Assembly (NCBI GenBank): GCA_964447275.1
Contig: CAYURI010000003.1
Coordinates: 510-64,509, forward strand
Length of the DNA: 64,000 nucleotides
Direction: 5' to 3'
Source: an uncultured Muribaculaceae bacterium
Lineage (GTDB): Bacteria; Bacillota_I; Bacilli_A; RF39; UBA660
Positions within the stretch are counted from its first letter, which is position 1; each line of letters opens with the position of its first letter. The notes under the pieces are model-generated. The model was not told where the DNA came from. It made no database searches and saw nothing but the letters and a program-made list of their open reading frames with translations. The position numbers and the translations under genes are program-made. Positions 59,209-64,000 of this stretch are shown here, piece after piece.

Positions 59209-59565
59209 ATGATAAAAAAAGAATCAAGTAATGTATCTAGAATAAGAAGACATAAACGTATTAGAGAAACATTAAAGGGCACTAATAGTGTACCTAGATT
59301 AAATGTATTTAGATCAAACTCTAATATCTTTGCACAAGTTATTGACGATGAAAAGGGTGTAACATTAGTTTCATCTTCATCATTATCTCTAAAAATTAAA
59401 AATGGCGGAAACATTGAAGGTGCTAGCGAAGTTGGAAAAGACATCGCCCTTAAATGCAAAGCTAAAAAAATCAAAAAAGTAACCTTTGATCGTGGTGGCT
59501 ATTTATACCATGGTCGCGTTAAAGCGGTAGCAGAAGCTGCTCGTGCTAACGGGTTAGAATTTTAA
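59209..59565 (+). CDS. rplR: 50S ribosomal protein L18
   Basis: 118 aa. Confidence 0.9.
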   Translation: MIKKESSNVSRIRRHKRIRETLKGTNSVPRLNVFRSNSNIFAQVIDDEKGVTLVSSSSLSLKIKNGGNIEGASEVGKDIALKCKAKKIKKVTFDRGGYLYHGRVKAVAEAARANGLEF

Positions 59566-59577
59566 GGGAGGGTAATA

Positions 59578-60105
59578 ATGAGACAAGAAATGGATCCAAA
59601 AAAGAAACTTTTAGAAGAAAAAGTTATTAATATTGGTCGTGTTACAAAAGTTACCAAAGGTGGTCGTAATTTTCGTTTCTCAGCTACAGTAGTAGTTGGA
59701 AATAGAAAAGGCTTAGTAGGAATTGGTAGTGGCAAAGCAAAAGAAATATCTGAAGCAGTTAATAAAGCTATTCAAATGGCTAATAAAAATGTTGTTAAGG
59801 TATCAGTTATTGCTGGTAGAACTATCCCTCATGAAGCAATTGGTAAATGCGGTAGAGCTAGCGTTTTAATTAAACCAGCTAGAGAAGGCCGTGGTATCGT
59901 TGCTGGTGGAGCAGCTAGAGCTGTTTTAGAATTAGCTGGTGTTAAAGATATTGTTTCTAAATCTTTAGGAGCAAATGTTCAAGTTAATGTCGCTAAAGCA
60001 ACTTTAGAAGCTTTAAAAGCCCAAAGAACACCAAACAGAATTTTAGCTTTACGTGGTAAAGAAGAAATGAAAAAAGAAATAACTGAAGAAGTTGGTGAAG
60101 AATAA
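59578..60105 (+). CDS. rpsE: 30S ribosomal protein S5
   Basis: 175 aa. RVTKVTKGGR dsRBD. Confidence 0.9.
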   Translation: MRQEMDPKKKLLEEKVINIGRVTKVTKGGRNFRFSATVVVGNRKGLVGIGSGKAKEISEAVNKAIQMANKNVVKVSVIAGRTIPHEAIGKCGRASVLIKPAREGRGIVAGGAARAVLELAGVKDIVSKSLGANVQVNVAKATLEALKAQRTPNRILALRGKEEMKKEITEEVGEE

Positions 60106-60545
60106 TGAAATTACATGAATTAATCGCATCACCTACAAAAAAGGCTACTAAAAGAGTTGGCCGTGGTCCAGGTAGTGGCATGGGTGGAACATCTACTCGT
60201 GGTGATAAAGGGCAAAAAGCCAGAAGTGGTAGTGGTATTCCAGCTTGGTTTCAAGGTGGTCAATCACCATTATATCGAAGAATACCAAAAAGAGGCTTCA
60301 ATAATAAGAGATTTACAACTAGATATCAAGCATTAAATTTAAATGATTTTGATATTTTTAATGATGGCGACGTTGTAACTCCAGAAATTATGAAAGAAAA
60401 AGGTCTTATTAGAAAAGAACTTTCTGGTATTAAAATTTTAGCTTATGGAGAATTAACTAAAAAAGTAACAATTAAAGCACATAGATTTTCTTCAAAAGCA
60501 GTTACAAAAATAGAGAGTGCTGGCGGAAAAGCTGAGGTGATTTAG
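60105..60545 (+). CDS. rplO: 50S ribosomal protein L15 (directly abuts rpsE; no L30 gene between)
   Basis: MKLHELIASPTKKATKRVGRGPGSG. Confidence 0.9.
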   Translation: MKLHELIASPTKKATKRVGRGPGSGMGGTSTRGDKGQKARSGSGIPAWFQGGQSPLYRRIPKRGFNNKRFTTRYQALNLNDFDIFNDGDVVTPEIMKEKGLIRKELSGIKILAYGELTKKVTIKAHRFSSKAVTKIESAGGKAEVI

Positions 60546-61817
60546 ATGTTTAATAATCTAAAGCAAATATTTTCTTCAACTAATAAAGATTTAAGAAAAA
60601 GAATTTATTTTACTTTGATTGTTTTAACCATCTTCTGCATTGGGACTAATATAACAGTTCCTGGAGCAGCATCAATTACCAAAGAATTAGGCTTTTTAGA
60701 GTTACTTAATTTAATGGCTGGTGGAAGTTTAAAAAACTTTTCCATCTTTGCCTTAGGAGTAACCCCATATATTACAGCATCAATTATTACCCAAATATTA
60801 ACAATGGATGCAATTGGCATACCTTATTTTAAGGATATGAAAGAAGAGGGCTATACCGGTAAACAAAAAATTAATAAAATAACGAGATATTTAGGTATTT
60901 TATTCGCTTTTGTTCAAGGCTATGCTTTCTCTGTGGCATTTTTAGGATCAACATCAACTTTATTAATATTAAAAACAACTGTTTTCTTAACAGCGGGTAC
61001 AGCTTTCCTATTATGGCTTGGTGATCAAATTACTGCCAAAGGAATAGGAAATGGCTTATCACTTTTAATTATGGCTGGCATTATTCAAACCATGCCAAGC
61101 ATGTTTGTTACAGCCTTTAATGGTTTAGTACCAACTGCTGGAACAGGGAATGTATATTTAGGGATATTACTATTTGCTTTATTTGTTTTAGTTTATTTAG
61201 GTATTGTGGTCGGGGTAATCTTTATTCAAGAAGCAGAAAGAAGAGTACCGATTCAATACTCAAACAGAACTAATAGTGCTTATGGCGCAAGACAATCATT
61301 TCTGCCGATAAAAATTAATTCAGCCAATGTTATTCCAGTAATATTTGCTTCAACTTTGATATCAATTCCAACAACAATTGCTCAACTTTCTGGTAAAGCT
61401 GGATTTAGTAATTTTGTTAGTAATTATATTAATTATACAACTCCAACTGGCTTTATTTTATATGTATTACTTATTTTCTTCTTTGGTTATTTCTGGACAT
61501 TTATGACCTTAAATCCTGAAGAGATGAGTAAGAACTTAAATAATAATGGTGGATATATACCGGGTGTAAGACCAGGTAGTGAAACATCTAGTTATATAAG
61601 CAATGTTTTATCAAAACTAACAATTGTGGGAACATTATTCCTTGTTGTTATTGCTGCATTACCAATTATCTTTTCTAAATTATCAGATTTAGGTAATACA
61701 GTAACAATCGGCGGAACTGGATTACTAATTGTCGTTGGAGTCGCAATTGAAACCTATAAACAATTAGAAAGTAGTTTAGTAAGTAGAAGTTATAAAAGGA
61801 GACCAAAAAGAATATGA
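60546..61817 (+). CDS. secY: protein translocase subunit SecY
   Basis: 423 aa, 10 TM helices. spc-operon position. Confidence 0.95.
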   Translation: MFNNLKQIFSSTNKDLRKRIYFTLIVLTIFCIGTNITVPGAASITKELGFLELLNLMAGGSLKNFSIFALGVTPYITASIITQILTMDAIGIPYFKDMKEEGYTGKQKINKITRYLGILFAFVQGYAFSVAFLGSTSTLLILKTTVFLTAGTAFLLWLGDQITAKGIGNGLSLLIMAGIIQTMPSMFVTAFNGLVPTAGTGNVYLGILLFALFVLVYLGIVVGVIFIQEAERRVPIQYSNRTNSAYGARQSFLPIKINSANVIPVIFASTLISIPTTIAQLSGKAGFSNFVSNYINYTTPTGFILYVLLIFFFGYFWTFMTLNPEEMSKNLNNNGGYIPGVRPGSETSSYISNVLSKLTIVGTLFLVVIAALPIIFSKLSDLGNTVTIGGTGLLIVVGVAIETYKQLESSLVSRSYKRRPKRI

Positions 61818-62473
61818 AAAATATAATTTTTATTGCCCCTATTGCCTCAGGCAAGGGCACAATTGCCAAAGGATTAATTGAAAAGTATGGCTATGCTCAT
61901 GTTTCAATTGGCCAATTATTAAGAGACAATAGAGATCGAAATGATGAAATTGGAAAACATATTGTTGAGTGTCAAGATAAGGGAGTCCTTGTTGATGATA
62001 CAATAACAGTAACTATTCTAAAAGAAAGACTTGCTCAACCGGATTGCGCAAAAGGCTATATTTTAGATGGATTTCCAAGATCAGTTCCTCAAGCAGGCTT
62101 ATATGATCAATTGTTAAAAGAATTAAATTATGATTTAGGAGTTGTTCTTTATTTAGATATTCCAAAAGAAGAGCTTTTAAGAAGAACAGTTGGCAGAAGT
62201 ATATGTGAAAGTTGCAAAACAGAATATAGTGATTTCTACGAACCAGCAATGCCTAAAGCAAGTGGGATTTGCGACAAATGCGGTAGTAAGTTGATAAAGA
62301 GAACGGATGACAATGAAGAAACATTTAACACTCGTTATAATGTGTTCTTAACACAAACCAGTCCGCTTTTAGATTACTACAAAGCAAGAGGCAAAGTTTA
62401 TAGTTTTAATAGTTTAAGCAGTAAAGAAAATTACGAGGGGATTGTAAAAGTCCTAGAAGAATTAAATGATTAG
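61814..62473 (+). CDS. adk: adenylate kinase (zinc-lid form)
   Basis: P-loop APIASGKGT. Lid CESC...CDKCG. Confidence 0.9.
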   Translation: MKNIIFIAPIASGKGTIAKGLIEKYGYAHVSIGQLLRDNRDRNDEIGKHIVECQDKGVLVDDTITVTILKERLAQPDCAKGYILDGFPRSVPQAGLYDQLLKELNYDLGVVLYLDIPKEELLRRTVGRSICESCKTEYSDFYEPAMPKASGICDKCGSKLIKRTDDNEETFNTRYNVFLTQTSPLLDYYKARGKVYSFNSLSSKENYEGIVKVLEELND

Positions 62474-63212
62474 CATTAAGACTAATACTGATATTGAAAA
62501 AATGAGAATATCAGGTAAAATTAATTATGAAACCCATAAGTATTTAGAAAGTAATATCAAACCTGGTGTTACAACTAAATATTTAAATGATATAGCAGAT
62601 AAGTTCATTAGAAGTAAAGGTGGGATACCATCATTTCTAAATTATGAAGGATATCCCGCTTCAATCTGCATATCAATAGATGAAGAAGTTGTTCATGGTA
62701 TACCAAGTACTAGAAAACTAAAAAATGGTGATCTAGTATCAATAGATATCGGTGTTATCTATGATGGTATGCACAGTGATTCAGCCGCTACTTATCCGGT
62801 GGGAACGATAAGTGAAGAGAAAGAAAGACTTTTGCTTCATACTAAAGAAGCTTTATATAAAGGCTTAGAAGAAGTAAAAGAAGGGGCAAGATTAGGTAAC
62901 ATAAGTAATGCGATTGAACGCCATGCTAAAAAATTCAACTTAAGCATTGTTAGAGAATTAGTTGGACATGGAGTTGGATATAAACTTCATGAAGATCCAG
63001 ATATACCTAATTATGGCGAAGCTAATAAAGGTCCTACTTTAAAAATAGGAATGACATTAGCAATCGAACCGATGTTAAACTTGGGAACAAGAAAAGTCTT
63101 TATGACAGAAAATGATTGGACAATCATAACCCAGGATAATAAACCATCTGCTCATTTTGAGCACACGGTTCTAGTAACAAAAGATGGCTATGAAATACTA
63201 ACGAAAGAGTGA
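62466..63212 (+). CDS. map: methionine aminopeptidase type I
   Basis: 248 aa. Metal ligands D...D...H...E...E pattern. Confidence 0.9.
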   Translation: MISIKTNTDIEKMRISGKINYETHKYLESNIKPGVTTKYLNDIADKFIRSKGGIPSFLNYEGYPASICISIDEEVVHGIPSTRKLKNGDLVSIDIGVIYDGMHSDSAATYPVGTISEEKERLLLHTKEALYKGLEEVKEGARLGNISNAIERHAKKFNLSIVRELVGHGVGYKLHEDPDIPNYGEANKGPTLKIGMTLAIEPMLNLGTRKVFMTENDWTIITQDNKPSAHFEHTVLVTKDGYEILTKE

Positions 63213-63218
63213 TGAAGT

Positions 63219-63440
63219 TTGGCTAATAATAAAGAAGAAAAAATTGAAATTGACGGCAAAGTATTAGATGTAATACCGGGCGGCAAATACAAAGTTGAAC
63301 TACAAAATGGTTACGTAATAGAAGCTCATGTTTCTGGTAAAATCCGAATGAATATGATTCGCATCTTACCAGGTGATAACGTAACTATAGAATTATCACC
63401 ATACGATTTAACACATGGGCGTATAACTTATAGAAAGTAA
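63219..63440 (+). CDS. infA: translation initiation factor IF-1
   Basis: 73 aa, S1-like. Confidence 0.9.
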   Translation: MANNKEEKIEIDGKVLDVIPGGKYKVELQNGYVIEAHVSGKIRMNMIRILPGDNVTIELSPYDLTHGRITYRK

Positions 63441-63454
63441 TGGAGGAAATTTTA

Positions 63455-63568
63455 TGAAAGTAAGACCATCAGTCAAAAAGATTTGTGCAAAATGTAAAGT
63501 AATAAAAAGAGAAGGCAAAGTAATGGTTATTTGTGAAAATCCAAAACACAAACAAAAACAAGGTTAGG
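63455..63568 (+). CDS. rpmJ: 50S ribosomal protein L36 (37 aa; below ORF-track size cutoff)
   Basis: [44 protein letters not shown] 8 nt upstream. Confidence 0.9.
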
Positions 63569-63578
63569 AGAGAAGTAT

Positions 63579-63956
63579 ATGGCAAGATTTAAAAATATTG
63601 AAATACCAAATGATAAAAAGATAAGTATTGCTTTAACTTATATTTATGGTATTGGAAGAAACTTAGGAGTAACTATTTGCAAGAATGCAAAAGTTGATCC
63701 TGATAAGAAAGCAAAAACTTTAACTACTGAAGAAGAAGCAGCAATCAGAAGTGAAATTGATAATCATATTACTGAAGGAGATCTTCGTAGAGAAGTTCAA
63801 CTAAATATTAAAAATAAAATGGAAATCAATAGTTATCAAGGAACTAGACATAAAAAAGGTTTACCAGTTCGTGGTCAAAGAACTAGTAGAAATGCTAGAA
63901 CCAGAAAAGGTAAAGTAACAAGAGTAATAGCTAACAAGAAAAAAGTAAGTAAATAG
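63579..63956 (+). CDS. rpsM: 30S ribosomal protein S13
   Basis: [10 protein letters not shown]. Confidence 0.95.
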   Translation: MARFKNIEIPNDKKISIALTYIYGIGRNLGVTICKNAKVDPDKKAKTLTTEEEAAIRSEIDNHITEGDLRREVQLNIKNKMEINSYQGTRHKKGLPVRGQRTSRNARTRKGKVTRVIANKKKVSK

Positions 63957-63974
63957 AAGGAAAGGTAAATAATA

Positions 63975-64000
63975 TGGCATATAATAGAAGAAAAAGAAAA
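63975..64000 (+). CDS. rpsK: 30S ribosomal protein S11, first codons only (MAYNRRKRK...), runs off window
   Basis: Basic N-terminus in the conserved position after rpsM. SD GAAGGAAAGG upstream. Confidence 0.5.

Noticed and set aside
1-64000. Alternative genetic code (UGA=Trp) suggested by very low GC and mycoplasma-like gene content
   Set aside because: rnpA and other genes terminate with TGA. prfB is present with the UGA-dependent frameshift site. No long ORFs require read-through of TGA, so the standard bacterial code applies.
1-64000. CRISPR arrays, tRNA/rRNA genes, IS elements or prophage genes
   Set aside because: No regularly spaced direct repeats, cloverleaf-compatible conserved tRNA motifs, transposase/integrase-like ORFs or inverted terminal repeats were recognised by eye. 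A computational scan (tRNAscan-SE, CRT) could still find small elements I missed.

Overview
AT-rich (~30% GC) low-GC Gram-positive (Bacillota-type) chromosome segment that starts at the replication origin. Standard genetic code: TGA is used as stop and prfB carries the classical UGA frameshift site.

Gene order from the left edge: 5' end of dnaA on the minus strand, a DnaA-box cluster (oriC), then the conserved rnpA-yidC-jag-mnmE-mnmG-rsmG-noc block (rpmH is absent). These are followed by argS, rpoE (RNAP delta), prfA-prmC, fba, murA and rpmE.

A ~4.5 kb accessory stretch (14.5-19.0 kb) holds a sugar-transfer-type ATP-grasp enzyme, rpiB, a small 2-TM ORF and an agr-like quorum-sensing locus. 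The locus is split into two convergent units: agrA-like LytTR regulator plus agrC-like HPK10 kinase on the + strand, and agrB-like plus an unannotated 36-aa AgrD-like peptide gene on the - strand. LytTR-geometry direct repeats lie just upstream.

Downstream come csp, hpf, secA, prfB (programmed +1 frameshift), yitT, a CIRCE-controlled hsp20, tilS-ftsH (no hpt), soj-spo0J, ychF, a membrane-VanY fusion, rpsF-ssb-rpsR, an NrnA-like DHH protein, rplI, dnaB, M23 peptidases, yycJ-rlmH, ung, ftsEX with a PcsB-like peptidase, whiA and gap. The window ends with the S10-spc-alpha ribosomal cluster through rpsM/rpsK, which has no rpmD.

Nearly all genes are co-directional with replication away from oriC. 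Most notable sequence-level observations:
- A perfect 16-bp Noc-binding site (TATTTCCCGGGAAATA) inside a 24-bp palindrome upstream of mnmE.
- A Noc homolog with a ~200-aa disordered insertion.
- The agr-like locus with a Ser-type AIP precursor.

No CRISPR array, tRNA/rRNA gene or mobile element was recognised.
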